From contig CAXXUA010000005.1 of assembly GCA_963663765.2 (NCBI GenBank), forward strand, positions 96,001 through 160,000: a stretch of DNA of 64,000 bases, written 5' to 3'. The position numbers were made by a program, and so were the translations under genes. The notes beneath the pieces were generated by a model. That model did no database searches and was not told where the DNA came from. It saw only the letters and a program-made list of their open reading frames with translations. Below are positions 10,323-20,319 of this stretch, piece by piece. The first letter of the stretch is position 1. Each line of letters starts with the position of its first letter. Origin of the DNA: Candidatus Poribacteria bacterium (GTDB lineage Bacteria > Poribacteria > WGA-4E > WGA-3G).

Positions 10323-11738
10323 CTAAATATCGTGATAGAGGAAGAATTCATACGGATGTGGACGCATATTAATTGCATCTATCTCATTTTCACGTTTGTA
10401 ATCAATCCAGACATCAAGGACATCTTCCGTGAACACATCACCTTTGAGAAGATACTCGTGGTCATCCTCAAGCGCGTCAATGGCATCGCCAAGAGATGCA
10501 GGCGTGGATTCAATATCGTCAAGCTCCTCTGGTTCAAGGTCATAAAGGTCTTTATCTAACGGATCCCCTGGATGAATCCTGTTCTGAATGCCGTCAAGAC
10601 CTGCCATGAGTAATGCACTGAATGCAAGATACGGATTACAAGATGGATCGGGTGTTCGGAATTCCACACGTTTTGCTTTTTCGCTCTTAGAATAGACAGG
10701 GATTCGGACACAAGCACTACGGTTACGCTGTGAATACGCAATGTTGACTGGTGCTTCATAGCCTGGTACCAATCTCTTATAAGAGTTTGTTGTCGGAGCA
10801 ATGATCGCACACAACGACCGCGCATGCTTAAGCAGACCACCGATATAATAGAGTGCAGTCTCACTCAGAAGCGAATAGCCTTGCGGATCAAAAAATACGT
10901 TTTTCCCATCTTTCCACAAGCTCGTGTGAACGTGCATACCTGAACCGTTGTCTTGGAAAAGCGGTTTTGGCATAAAGGTCGCAACCAAATTATGTGATCG
11001 CGCAACATTTTTGATAATATACTTATACAACGCAATCTTATCGCCAACAGTCGTTAACGTATCAAAGCGGATGTCAATTTCACCTTGTCCTGCAGTACCT
11101 ACCTCGTGGTGATGAACTTCAACATCAACACCCGACTCTATCAACTTAAGGCAGATTTCAGAACGAATGTCTTGAAGTGTATCTGATGGCGGAACGGGGA
11201 AATAACCCTCTTTATAACGCGGTTTGTAACCGAGATTCGGGTTTTCTTCCCGACCAGAATTCCAACTACCTTCCACCGAATCAACATAATAGAAACCAGA
11301 GTGTTGGTTCTGTCCATAACGTATGTCGTTCAATAGATAGAATTCTGCTTCAGGTCCCCAATAACTGATGTCAGCAATGCCAGTGGATTGCAGGTATGCC
11401 TCAGCCTTCTGTGCAATATGCCGCACATCACGCGTGTAATTCTCCAAAGTAATCGGGTCTTTGATATTACATGTGATGCTCAAAGTCGGCACTTGGCAGA
11501 CAGGATCAACCAACGCAGTAGCGGGATCTGGGAACAGCAGCATATCACTCTCGTTAATGGCTTGGAATCCACGGATACTTGACCCATCAAAACCGATGCC
11601 ACCTTCAAACAGGTCTTCGTTCAACTCACCAGCCATAATGGAGAAGTGTTGCCACATCCCTGGCAAATCCATGAACTTCAGATCAACTATCTTAATATTA
11701 TTCTCTTTTGCAAGAGCAATTACCTCACTTGGTGTCAT
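10323..11738 (-). CDS. glnA: Glutamine synthetase type I
   Basis: FDGSSI, HHEV, ATFMPKP, GSGMHVH, NSYKRLVPGYEAP and the adenylylation loop DKDLYDL. Confidence 0.97.
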   Translation of the reverse strand: MTPSEVIALAKENNIKIVDLKFMDLPGMWQHFSIMAGELNEDLFEGGIGFDGSSIRGFQAINESDMLLFPDPATALVDPVCQVPTLSITCNIKDPITLENYTRDVRHIAQKAEAYLQSTGIADISYWGPEAEFYLLNDIRYGQNQHSGFYYVDSVEGSWNSGREENPNLGYKPRYKEGYFPVPPSDTLQDIRSEICLKLIESGVDVEVHHHEVGTAGQGEIDIRFDTLTTVGDKIALYKYIIKNVARSHNLVATFMPKPLFQDNGSGMHVHTSLWKDGKNVFFDPQGYSLLSETALYYIGGLLKHARSLCAIIAPTTNSYKRLVPGYEAPVNIAYSQRNRSACVRIPVYSKSEKAKRVEFRTPDPSCNPYLAFSALLMAGLDGIQNRIHPGDPLDKDLYDLEPEELDDIESTPASLGDAIDALEDDHEYLLKGDVFTEDVLDVWIDYKRENEIDAINMRPHPYEFFLYHDI

Positions 11739-11834
11739 TCACATTTCCTCCTAAAAATATAGATAAATTTAACTCGTAACAGGTCATCAATTAAAGCATA
11801 ATATAAAATTAAAATAAGATTCCAACATTGATTG

Positions 11835-11850
11835 TGCAAAGTTTATGCCA
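11835..11850 (-). promoter_or_regulatory. Sigma54 (-24/-12) promoter of glnA-glnB
   Basis: Minus strand TGGCATAAACTTTGCA matches TGGCAC-N5-TTGC, about 100 bp upstream of the glnA ATG. Confidence 0.8.
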
Positions 11851-11994
11851 ATTTTGTAACCTTCCTCACGATTCAGATAAATCAACTCAACTCAATAAAG
11901 ACAAGGTTGGGTAAAACGCAGATAGGATAATCAATCTATACCACTGTCAATAGCAAGGAATTTTAAATGATAACTACAGATTTACTCATGATTT

Positions 11995-12034
11995 TGCTAA
12001 ATTATTAGGCATAGAATTGCCCAAAATTTCAGCA
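11995..12034. promoter_or_regulatory. Tandem NtrC-like enhancer boxes
   Basis: TGCtaaattattagGCA (11995-12011) and TGCccaaaatttcaGCA (12018-12034), both 17-bp TGC-N11-GCA, about 150 bp upstream of the sigma54 site. Confidence 0.6.
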
Positions 12035-12037
12035 GAA

Positions 12038-12631
12038 TTATTCCTTATTCTCCTTCTTTAACTCAACGTCTTCATCAAAACGACTTGTTTCTGGTCCATC
12101 TTGTCCAGCATACTTATTGTCTGGTTTCAATCGGTACGGTTTACTTGATGGTGATGAAAGTTTTTCAAAGGTAAAAGCACAAATTCGCATCCCCGGATAG
12201 AGTCCGACAGGCATGCGTCCAAGATTACCTAATTCCAAAGTAGCATTTCCAACCCAACCTGGATCAAACAGTCCTGCGGTACTGTGAACGATAATGCCAA
12301 GTCTACCTAAGCTGCTTCTGCCTTCAAGCCGTGCCATCACGTCATCAGCTAATTCCAATTTTTCTTGTGTTGCGGCAAGAACAAACTCTCCGGGTTGCAT
12401 CATAAATGATTCACCGTCAGCAACTCTAACTTCCCGCATCAGATCATCAGCATCAACCTTTTTCTTCAAATCAATATATGGATATTTGCTATGTTCAAAA
12501 ACACGAAAGGTGTTACCCAATCTGAAATCAATGGAACAACTTCCAAACTGTGTTTCTATATCTGGTTCAGGGGTAATCTTTATCTTTCCTGCGCGTATAT
12601 AGTTTTCTATGTCAACATTTGATAATACCAT
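12038..12631 (-). CDS. dcd: dCTP deaminase
   Basis: SIDFRLG, EGRSSLGRLG, AGLFDPGWVGNATLEL and KYAGQ motifs. Confidence 0.95.
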   Translation of the reverse strand: MVLSNVDIENYIRAGKIKITPEPDIETQFGSCSIDFRLGNTFRVFEHSKYPYIDLKKKVDADDLMREVRVADGESFMMQPGEFVLAATQEKLELADDVMARLEGRSSLGRLGIIVHSTAGLFDPGWVGNATLELGNLGRMPVGLYPGMRICAFTFEKLSSPSSKPYRLKPDNKYAGQDGPETSRFDEDVELKKENKE

Positions 12632-12637
12632 ATTATA

Positions 12638-12666
12638 ATGTTACCATAGTTCTGTTAAAATGTCAC
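12638..12666 (-). promoter_or_regulatory. Sigma70 promoter giving a probable leaderless dcd mRNA
   Basis: GTGACA-N17-TAACAT followed by 6 nt and then ATG. No SD. Confidence 0.55.
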
Positions 12667-12736
12667 GTTTTTTAAAAATCTTATGTGTGGAAGGATATCA
12701 GCAATGCCATAGGTAGTAACTTAGTGGTTTCTTAAC

Positions 12737-12893
12737 TGTCTGAATCACGGATTACACGGATTGCGCGGAATTCTGAATTTGGTTCTCAAAGCAACTATCA
12801 TAAATATGCTTTCAATGTTTGAAACGGGATTTGGAATATGAAGACTCAAAATCCGCAAAATCTGCGTAATCCTTGTAATCCGCGATTCAGACA
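12737..12893. repeat. Inverted-repeat element with 9-bp-period CGGATTACA units
   Basis: TGTCTGAATCACGGATTACACGGATT...GTAATCCGCGATTCAGACA. Related copies at about 17090-17255 and 20856-20912. Confidence 0.75.
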
Positions 12894-12947
12894 GGATAGG
12901 TAATGCTAAATTGGTACCAATAGGATTCGCAAATGTGCAACCCAAAC

Positions 12948-14279
12948 CTACATGACCTCCCAATCATCTGGTGCGACTCCACGATAAGCATAATCTAATA
13001 GGGTCACAGGATGCATCGCTATCATATCTAACCCATGTTTTTGGATGCCGAGTTGAATCTGGAGTAAACACCCAGGGTTCCCTGTTGCGACAATATCAGC
13101 CTCAGTTTCTACGATGTGTGCCATTTTCCGTTCAAGTATCTCCTGTGAAAGTTCAGGTTGTGTGATATTATAGATACCCGCACTGCCACAACACCACTCA
13201 GATTCTGCCAACTCAATGAGTTCAAGTCCGGGTATCGCTTGCAAGACTTTTCGGGGTTGCGTTTTGACTCGCTGCCCGTGTAGGAGATGGCACGGTTCAT
13301 CATAAGTAACGCGCATCGGGATTTCACCTTTAGGTGGGACCATCTCTATTTCCGCTAAGAACTCGCTGATGTCGCGCATTTTATGGCTGAAGTTTTCCGC
13401 TTTTTCAGCGTAACCTCCATCGTTTTCAAGGAGTGCTTCATACTCCTTAAGTGTCGCACCACATCCCGCAGAGTTAATAACGATCGCATCCAAGTTCTCG
13501 TTCTCAAACGCATCAATATTCTGTTTTGCAAGGTCAGCAGCAACATCGCGTGATCCGTTATGCAAGTGTAGCGCGCCGCAACAGGTCTGTTGACGCGGTG
13601 TAACAACTTCACATCCATTCGCCGCTAACACGCGTATCGTCGCCAAATTCGTCTCAGTGAACACCTGATTCATGATGCACCCAGGAATAAAACCGACACG
13701 GTATCGCGTTTCGCTTTCAGCGGGAGTGACATCACGTATCTTATATTTGAGATGTGGAGATGGAATTGTCGGTAGTAATGACTCCATCTGTCCGAGTTGC
13801 CCCATCAATTTCAGGATTCCCGTTTTCTGCACTAACCACCGTAAACCGAGTTTTTGGTAAATCCACATCAATTCAAATATCAGGTCTAACCTATCTTTGT
13901 TTGGCAGAATTTGCTTGAAAACGAGATTGCTCCAAAATCGGTGACTTTTCGATCGGTGTGCGTTTTGCTCATAGATGGCGCGTGCTTGTTCAAGCAATTC
14001 CCCAAAGTGAACACCAGAAGGACATGCTGTCTCACAAGCACGGCAATCTAAACACCGATAGATATATTCTGCCCAGTCTTCGGATAGTGGTGTAGCATCT
14101 TGCTTCTTGAACGCACTCCCCATCAGATATAACCTGCCTCTTGGGGAATCCGTTTCTAAACCTAATTCTCTATAGGTTGGACAGGTAGGCAGGCAGAGAC
14201 CGCAGTGTGTGCAGGCATCCCATTTCTTCCAACTGAAGGTCTCTATACCAATAAGCGGTTGGGTTTGTTGGTTGGACAT
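12948..14279 (-). CDS. glcF: Glycolate oxidase iron-sulfur subunit-like (Fe-S)-binding protein
   Basis: Two CxxCxxCxxxCP motifs, SPRGR, two CCG domains, NPGCLLQI. Confidence 0.85.
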   Translation of the reverse strand: MSNQQTQPLIGIETFSWKKWDACTHCGLCLPTCPTYRELGLETDSPRGRLYLMGSAFKKQDATPLSEDWAEYIYRCLDCRACETACPSGVHFGELLEQARAIYEQNAHRSKSHRFWSNLVFKQILPNKDRLDLIFELMWIYQKLGLRWLVQKTGILKLMGQLGQMESLLPTIPSPHLKYKIRDVTPAESETRYRVGFIPGCIMNQVFTETNLATIRVLAANGCEVVTPRQQTCCGALHLHNGSRDVAADLAKQNIDAFENENLDAIVINSAGCGATLKEYEALLENDGGYAEKAENFSHKMRDISEFLAEIEMVPPKGEIPMRVTYDEPCHLLHGQRVKTQPRKVLQAIPGLELIELAESEWCCGSAGIYNITQPELSQEILERKMAHIVETEADIVATGNPGCLLQIQLGIQKHGLDMIAMHPVTLLDYAYRGVAPDDWEVM

Positions 14280-14290
14280 GTCAAATTATC

Positions 14291-14734
14291 TTAAGGTGCT
14301 AATGTCTTTTTTCTATGCCAAAGATTTATGATGTATTTGCGGAGTTTCATCAGGATAACACCAATTATAAACAGGAAGAGGAGTATAAGAAAGTGTTTTC
14401 GAACATCTGCTACTAATATCCCGACGAAAAATAGAATCGAGAGTGCAATCAATATGATTGTAGCATATATCATGTAGTTGGAGTTCTCATCAATCGCAGA
14501 AGTTTTCTTTAGATTATTCATTCTGTTTTCGTTAATTTTTTCTACAATTAGATGCTTTTCCTGCTGCGTGAATTCTCTTTTTTCAGCAGTAGTCTTGGGT
14601 GAAATAGACAAATGCTTATACCGTCTTTTTCGTTTCGGTAAGACCAGTCCAAGCAGCAATAAACAACCTACAAAAGTCATGATGTGAACAGGATATGTTG
14701 AAATCAGTTCTAATACACCATATAAATCAGCCAT
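14291..14734 (-). CDS. Hypothetical membrane protein
   Basis: About 3 hydrophobic segments. AAGGAA SD before the ATG at 14734. Operon-like spacing between larE and glcF. Confidence 0.7.
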   Translation of the reverse strand: MADLYGVLELISTYPVHIMTFVGCLLLLGLVLPKRKRRYKHLSISPKTTAEKREFTQQEKHLIVEKINENRMNNLKKTSAIDENSNYMIYATIILIALSILFFVGILVADVRKHFLILLFLFIIGVILMKLRKYIINLWHRKKTLAP

Positions 14735-14754
14735 CTCAGTTTCCTTCAACTTTC

Positions 14755-15588
14755 TTATGTGCCGGTGATGATTTTCTTAATCCCTTCATTCAGACTACCA
14801 GACCTATATCCTTGTAAGTCAATTGTAACGTGTGCATAGCCAAGGGTTTTAAAGTGAGTGTTGATTTTGTTTCGTGCATCTTTCTGTTGAAGTCGATAAA
14901 TCTCCTCAGCTTCAAGTTCAATCCGAGCAAGGTCTTCATGGTGACGCACACGAAATTGACGAATGCCTAAATCGTAAAGAAATTGTTCCGCAGCATCAAC
15001 TTGACGTAGTAATTCACGGGTGATACGCATACCGTAAGGGAAACGAGAGGATAGGCAGGCAAAAGCAGGTTTATCCCAAGTTGGTAATTCCCATGCTTTT
15101 GAAATCTCACGTATCTCTGTTTTTGTCAAGTCAACATCAATCAGTGGTGCTTTGATCCCCATCTGTTTCGCCGCGTCCATTCCGGGACGATGGTCACCAA
15201 CATCATCAGGAATTGCTCCATAGACAATTGTTCCAACGTTATACTTTTCTGCGATTGGATTTAATTTATCAAACAACTCTGTCTTACAAAAGAAACACCG
15301 ATTAGTTGGATTGCTTGCGTAACCCTCCAATTCCAACTCCTCTGTGTGAACCGTTTCAAAGCGGATACCGATCTGTTTGGCAATATCCTGTGCAGCCTTC
15401 ATCTCACGGATTGGATAGGAATCAGAAATCGCTGTAACCGCAAGGGCATTTTCCCCTAATGCGTTCTGGGCTGCCTCTGCAAGGAATGTGCTATCAACAC
15501 CACCAGAAAACGCTACAATAACCTTTTCGTAACCACGCAGACATTCATAAAGTCTATTTACTTTTGTTTGTAATAATTGAGGGAACAT
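14755..15588 (-). CDS. larE: ATP-dependent sacrificial sulfur transferase LarE (PP-loop)
   Basis: AFSGGVDS, RCFFCK, DHRPG, KPAFACLSSRFPYG and GYRSGSLN motifs. Confidence 0.9.
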   Translation of the reverse strand: MFPQLLQTKVNRLYECLRGYEKVIVAFSGGVDSTFLAEAAQNALGENALAVTAISDSYPIREMKAAQDIAKQIGIRFETVHTEELELEGYASNPTNRCFFCKTELFDKLNPIAEKYNVGTIVYGAIPDDVGDHRPGMDAAKQMGIKAPLIDVDLTKTEIREISKAWELPTWDKPAFACLSSRFPYGMRITRELLRQVDAAEQFLYDLGIRQFRVRHHEDLARIELEAEEIYRLQQKDARNKINTHFKTLGYAHVTIDLQGYRSGSLNEGIKKIITGT

Positions 15589-15628
15589 CAGTTCACATCC
15601 TATCTTTCTGTCCGATACCTTGCACATT

Positions 15629-15845
15629 CAGGACTTATGCACCCAACGGTTGGCGGGGAATGCCTAAAGAAGCATGCGCGTATGGCATGCTCCATGATTC
15701 ATACCCGGGGAATACCATAAGGTATTCATACCGTTGATTACTTGATTTGGTGCTTTGTAAGCGCGCTGGAAGCACAAATAATGTTGAAAATTACATCCTT
15801 TTCAGCACAATTCTTAATTAAATCATGAAAACTGCGTAAGTCCTG
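15629..15845. mobile_element. MITE family A, filled allele with a 95-bp nested insertion
   Basis: Same shell as 1050-1171 plus an insert at 15656-15750. Confidence 0.85.
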
Positions 15846-15865
15846 ACAATACAATATGATAGTAA

Positions 15866-16465
15866 TTAGTATGGACGATCTGCTTTCTGGATTTGCTCCA
15901 GTTCACTCCTTAGGAGTTGTCTTTTTATTCCACTAATCCTGTCAATAAAAAGCGTTCCGTTGAGATGGTCAATTTCGTGTTGTAACACGCGTGAAAGTAA
16001 TCCTGAGGCTTCAAACTCAATATACTCTCCGTTCAATATCATTGCTTTCACAGCAATCTTCTCCGGACGTTTCACATCTGCATGAAGGTCAGGTATACTC
16101 AAACATCCTTCCTGGGCAACTGATTCTCCTTCAGAAGTTAGTATTTCAGGATTAAACAACATCAACGGATCAAATTCTTCGTCTTCATCATCACCTAAAT
16201 CAACAATCAAAAACCGCTTTAGAATCCCAACCTGTGTTGCTGCGAGTCCGATACCATTACCAGTCCCATAGAGTGTCATAAGCATATCTTCAGCAAGTTT
16301 TATTTCTGCTTCGGTTATTTCCTCAACAGGTTCAGCTCTTTTGCGTAATACTGGATCGCCATAATATCGGAGTTGTAAAGGGGATGTTTTTGATAGGTGT
16401 GGTCCTTCATCTACACCTTGGTCAGCACTTTGTATGTTTTTGCGTTTTCTTTTTACTTTAGACAT
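15866..16465 (-). CDS. def: Peptide deformylase
   Basis: GIGLAATQ, EGCLS and QHEIDH motifs. Promoter TTGACA-N17-TATGAT at 16539-16511. Confidence 0.95.
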   Translation of the reverse strand: MSKVKRKRKNIQSADQGVDEGPHLSKTSPLQLRYYGDPVLRKRAEPVEEITEAEIKLAEDMLMTLYGTGNGIGLAATQVGILKRFLIVDLGDDEDEEFDPLMLFNPEILTSEGESVAQEGCLSIPDLHADVKRPEKIAVKAMILNGEYIEFEASGLLSRVLQHEIDHLNGTLFIDRISGIKRQLLRSELEQIQKADRPY

Positions 16466-16813
16466 AACGTTGGGTATTTCTCCAGATTCTTTTCTCAACA
16501 AGGTCTTATTATCATAACACCATTAACATAAAATGTCAAGAATAATAAATGTCTGAACCAATTGATTTCAATTATCAAAATGTACTCTTGTTGTAAGAAT
16601 TTTTATCTCTGATTTTCCCTTTTTCTGTATGCAGGAAATGCTTCTGTTTATCACACCTGTACCAAACGTAAAATTTTTTAGTTGTTTTTTTCGTGATTTT
16701 CGTGTTTTTTTCAAAAGCCTTCTCAATCCTGTTGTGATATAGGTTTATGAAGGTTTTACGATTTTACGAAATTTTGAAAAAAACAACTAAATGGATTATT
16801 TATCGTTTTTTTG

Positions 16814-16918
16814 TTACAACCTATCTCATAAATGGTAGGAGGGGTTTCTAACCCCGATTTACTCAACACGTGAGCCAGTGAATTTGAAAATAAATCGTAT
16901 TTATGAGATACGCTGTAG
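16814..16918. mobile_element. MITE-like shell carrying a GTAG REP
   Basis: TACAACCTATCTCATAAAT...ATTTATGAGATACGCTGTA around GTAGGAGGGGTTTCTAACCCCGAT. Second copy at about 29123-29225. Confidence 0.65.
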
Positions 16919-17298
16919 TGTTTTTTGAGTATGTTTTATGTTGTCTTTTAGCATTGTATAGTGTTTTTGACTTCTATATATTATATGGGATTTTTGATGG
17001 GGTTGTAAGTTTTTTGATTTGATTTCTTATTGGGATTTCCAATAGATATGGGGTGTAGTTGAGGATATTGTTAAGTTTTCAGTTTTTAGTTGTCGGATTA
17101 CGTGCCGTGTGACGGAATCGCGGATTTCACAGATTTCACGGATAAGACCCCTGCATTTGGTTGTTATCGCTATGTTGATGTTTTCTTGTGGTTACTTGTA
17201 GAAAGATCACGCTTATCTTGTAAATCTAATCATCCTGCAAATACAGGTTCAGACAAATTGCCGAAAACTTTAGTTATGCATTATTTTACACCAAATTT

Positions 17299-18633
17299 CT
17301 AAATCTCCTTACAATAGACAATCGCAAGTCTCATCTGTTTTAATGCATCATATATCTGCGGTAGTTCCTCAAACCCGTAAGAGACTCGAAACTGTCGTTT
17401 CCCAATATCAACCATTTCACCATGCGGATGTACACAGTATTCTCCGGGAATATAAATCACCTTCGGTAACCGATTGTGCATAGGTCCGTCAATATCTTCC
17501 TGTCCGGTAGTTCGCGTCAAGTACTTAAAAAAATCAGAACTTGAATGTGTATCAATGTTTGAGAATGTCAAATAGTAATAAAATCCCGCACTACCACCAC
17601 TACACGTTTGAACGTTTGCAGCAAGTAAATCGTCTATCCATGTTCTGACCTGTTTCGCCTTTTCACTATATCCAATATTGACCTTTTCAACCTGTTTCTC
17701 AATACCGTTATCAAGCAAATAACTGGCAATTTCCTGATTGATAAGCGGTGCGCTAAAACCGATGTCACTTGTTCGTTGGATGATGGAATCAACAAATGCC
17801 CCCTTAGGTCCCATCAGGTAACCGATACGCAATCCAGGGGCAAGTATCTTTGATAATGTACCTATCTCATACACAATCCCAAGTTCATCGTAGCATAATG
17901 CAGACTCCATCGGTTCAACTGTTTTGTCATGCACGAGTTCACGGTAGGCGTTATCAAAAATAAGCGGAATCTTTCTACCAATGTCATAAGAATGTTCTGT
18001 TACAATCTCAACAAGTTCCCTATTTCTGTGATTAGAAAGGATAGCACAACTCGGATTGTTCACCGACACGACATAGAAAAACTGGATATTCTCTTTACCA
18101 CGTCCTATACGGTCTAATTTTGCTCTCAATAGATCAGTTTGTATACCATCATTGTCCTCAGGAATCGCAATGACTGAAAAACCTTTCCTTTCAAGATCGT
18201 TGCAGTAGATATAATACATCGGATCAGCAGTAACGACAATTCCAGTAGGTAGCACGTGCGTGATACTCTCTAACAAGCTTGTCGCACCATTTGCACCAAT
18301 GACGATTTCATTTGTCTCAAAGGTTTTTTCTGTGATACCACCAATACGATTGTCTACATGGTATCTTCTGATAGACTCAATAAGGTTAGGGGAACCTTGT
18401 GCTCCGCCATAGTTGAGGGAGGCGCGGTACTTCTGTGGGTTAGAAAGCACCGCAGCACAAGCAGCTTGAATCTGTTCCCGTGGGATTGTATCCTCATTGA
18501 CATACCCAACACCAAGATTAATATCTACACCATCACGAAATTCGACAGCAAAATCTGTCATCATTCGGTTCACTGGAGATGGAATACTTGATGCTTTTCC
18601 GTATTCAGAAAGCATTATGTCACGAATCTTCAT
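17299..18633 (-). CDS. PLP-dependent aminotransferase class I/II
   Basis: NNPS, DNAY and TLSKILAPGLRIG (PLP lysine) motifs. Confidence 0.9.
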   Translation of the reverse strand: MKIRDIMLSEYGKASSIPSPVNRMMTDFAVEFRDGVDINLGVGYVNEDTIPREQIQAACAAVLSNPQKYRASLNYGGAQGSPNLIESIRRYHVDNRIGGITEKTFETNEIVIGANGATSLLESITHVLPTGIVVTADPMYYIYCNDLERKGFSVIAIPEDNDGIQTDLLRAKLDRIGRGKENIQFFYVVSVNNPSCAILSNHRNRELVEIVTEHSYDIGRKIPLIFDNAYRELVHDKTVEPMESALCYDELGIVYEIGTLSKILAPGLRIGYLMGPKGAFVDSIIQRTSDIGFSAPLINQEIASYLLDNGIEKQVEKVNIGYSEKAKQVRTWIDDLLAANVQTCSGGSAGFYYYLTFSNIDTHSSSDFFKYLTRTTGQEDIDGPMHNRLPKVIYIPGEYCVHPHGEMVDIGKRQFRVSYGFEELPQIYDALKQMRLAIVYCKEI

Positions 18634-18656
18634 AACTTGTAGTAGGATTTACCAAT

Positions 18657-19562
18657 TTACAATAGATCCCTAAGGGCAGCTTCAAGCGTGGAAAACTGAA
18701 ACTCATACCCGTTTGCCTCTGTCCTTTCTGGTAATACATTTTGGCTCAACACCACAAAGTTGGCAAACTCACCCATCATTATTTTCAATCCGAACAGAGG
18801 TACAGGAAAAATCGTAGGTTTTCGCAAAACGGAACCAAGGGTCTTTGTAAACTCAATGTTCCTGACAGGTGTAGGTGCGGTAGCATTCAACGCTCCATGA
18901 ATCTCATCATTTTCCAACGCATGCATCACAATACCGACTACATCGTCAATGTGAATCCACGACATCCACTGCTTACCACTGCCAAGTCTACCACCAAAAC
19001 CCATCTTGAATGGAGGAAGCACCTGATCTAACAGACCACCACCTAAACCGAGAACAAGTCCAATTCTAACAGATACTACTCGTATGCCAAGCTCACTTGC
19101 TTTCTGTGCTTCCGATTCCCATTCCTCACAAACCTTCGCAAGATAATCAGTACCTGCAGGAAATTCCTCCGTAAAACTGTCATCCCCACTGTCCCCATAC
19201 AGACCAATCGCTGAAGCACAAATCAGCACATCAGGTTTTGTATCAGTATCAAAAGATGCAACAAGGTTACGTGTAGAGAGGATACGACTATCCCGTATTC
19301 TCCGTTTTTTCTCTGCATTCCAACGTCCAGCAATCGTTTCACCAGCAAGATGAATCACCGCATGCAAGTCCGATGTCGCTTCGGATGGAAGATGTTCTGT
19401 TTCAGGATTCCAAGCATATATTTCTTTAGCAGCCTGTAACTTCGTTTTAGCACGTGCGGGGTCACGCGACACCACATGCACTGCATACTCTTTATCGTGG
19501 AGGGAATCACAGACACGACTACCGATAAATCCAGTGCCACCTGTGACCAATACTTTCTTCAT
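18657..19562 (-). CDS. TIGR01777-family NAD-dependent epimerase/oxidoreductase
   Basis: TGGTGFIG, HLAGE..RW, ASAIGLYG and GSGKQWMSWIHIDD motifs. Confidence 0.92.
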   Translation of the reverse strand: MKKVLVTGGTGFIGSRVCDSLHDKEYAVHVVSRDPARAKTKLQAAKEIYAWNPETEHLPSEATSDLHAVIHLAGETIAGRWNAEKKRRIRDSRILSTRNLVASFDTDTKPDVLICASAIGLYGDSGDDSFTEEFPAGTDYLAKVCEEWESEAQKASELGIRVVSVRIGLVLGLGGGLLDQVLPPFKMGFGGRLGSGKQWMSWIHIDDVVGIVMHALENDEIHGALNATAPTPVRNIEFTKTLGSVLRKPTIFPVPLFGLKIMMGEFANFVVLSQNVLPERTEANGYEFQFSTLEAALRDLL

Positions 19563-19590
19563 CCTTTACCTCCATTCTTGTAACATTCTG

Positions 19591-20319
19591 TTATTTTGAT
19601 AATTCCAAGATTGTGTCTTCTAACTGCCGATAGTCATCAATCACAGCATCACTGAGTGTGTCATCTGTTTCTGCTTTATTAAATCCAGCATAACGAATTG
19701 CTTTCATACCAGCATTCTTCGCACCAACAATATCCGTTCTAACAATATCACCAATATGTAATGATTCCTTCGGATCAGCGTCTAATTCTTTCAACGTAGA
19801 ATAGAATTGCACAACTTCAGGTTTTGTTCGTTCCGTCTCATCAGAAAATGTGAATGCAGAAAAGTATTGCAAAATACCGTCCCGTTCCATCAGCTGCATT
19901 GCATATCTACCGGGAGTAAGCGCAGAATCTGAGATAATCCCAAGTGAATACTTATCACTTAACCTCGCCAATTCAGGTTTCACATGTGAAATAAGAACCG
20001 GAGGAGTCGCCAAAAACGCCTTACCAAGACATTCAATCAGAGAAACAATTTCATCCTCCTCCAACGTAATCTCAAGCGTTTCAGCAAACCATTCCAAACA
20101 CTTTTCCACAGATACACCCTTGTGTTGATACCAACTATTCATAGATAGCTCATACGCAGCATCCAAACCATCTGACACAGCCGAAGGTTCACACGCATAC
20201 CCATTTTCAATCAAATACTTATGACAATTTTCTATACGAACCACTTGTCGTCGTTTCCAGTTTTCAAGCGTATCCGCATATAACGTCTGCCAATAATCAA
20301 ATGTAATTGCTTTAAACAT
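19591..20319 (-). CDS. HAD-superfamily hydrolase
   Basis: FDYWQTL, KP and HIGD..TDIVGA motifs. Promoter TTGACA-N17-TAAAAT at 20396-20368. Confidence 0.88.
   Translation of the reverse strand: MFKAITFDYWQTLYADTLENWKRRQVVRIENCHKYLIENGYACEPSAVSDGLDAAYELSMNSWYQHKGVSVEKCLEWFAETLEITLEEDEIVSLIECLGKAFLATPPVLISHVKPELARLSDKYSLGIISDSALTPGRYAMQLMERDGILQYFSAFTFSDETERTKPEVVQFYSTLKELDADPKESLHIGDIVRTDIVGAKNAGMKAIRYAGFNKAETDDTLSDAVIDDYRQLEDTILELSK

Noticed and set aside
12745-12963. Short ORFs across repeats (also 17090, 51262, 55072, 59535) and the AT-rich ORF at 40421
   Set aside because: They translate repeat or low-complexity intergenic DNA with no coding signal.
16560-17090. AT-rich stretch resembling a CRISPR leader or replication origin
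   Set aside because: No repeat-spacer array, cas genes or clustered DnaA boxes.
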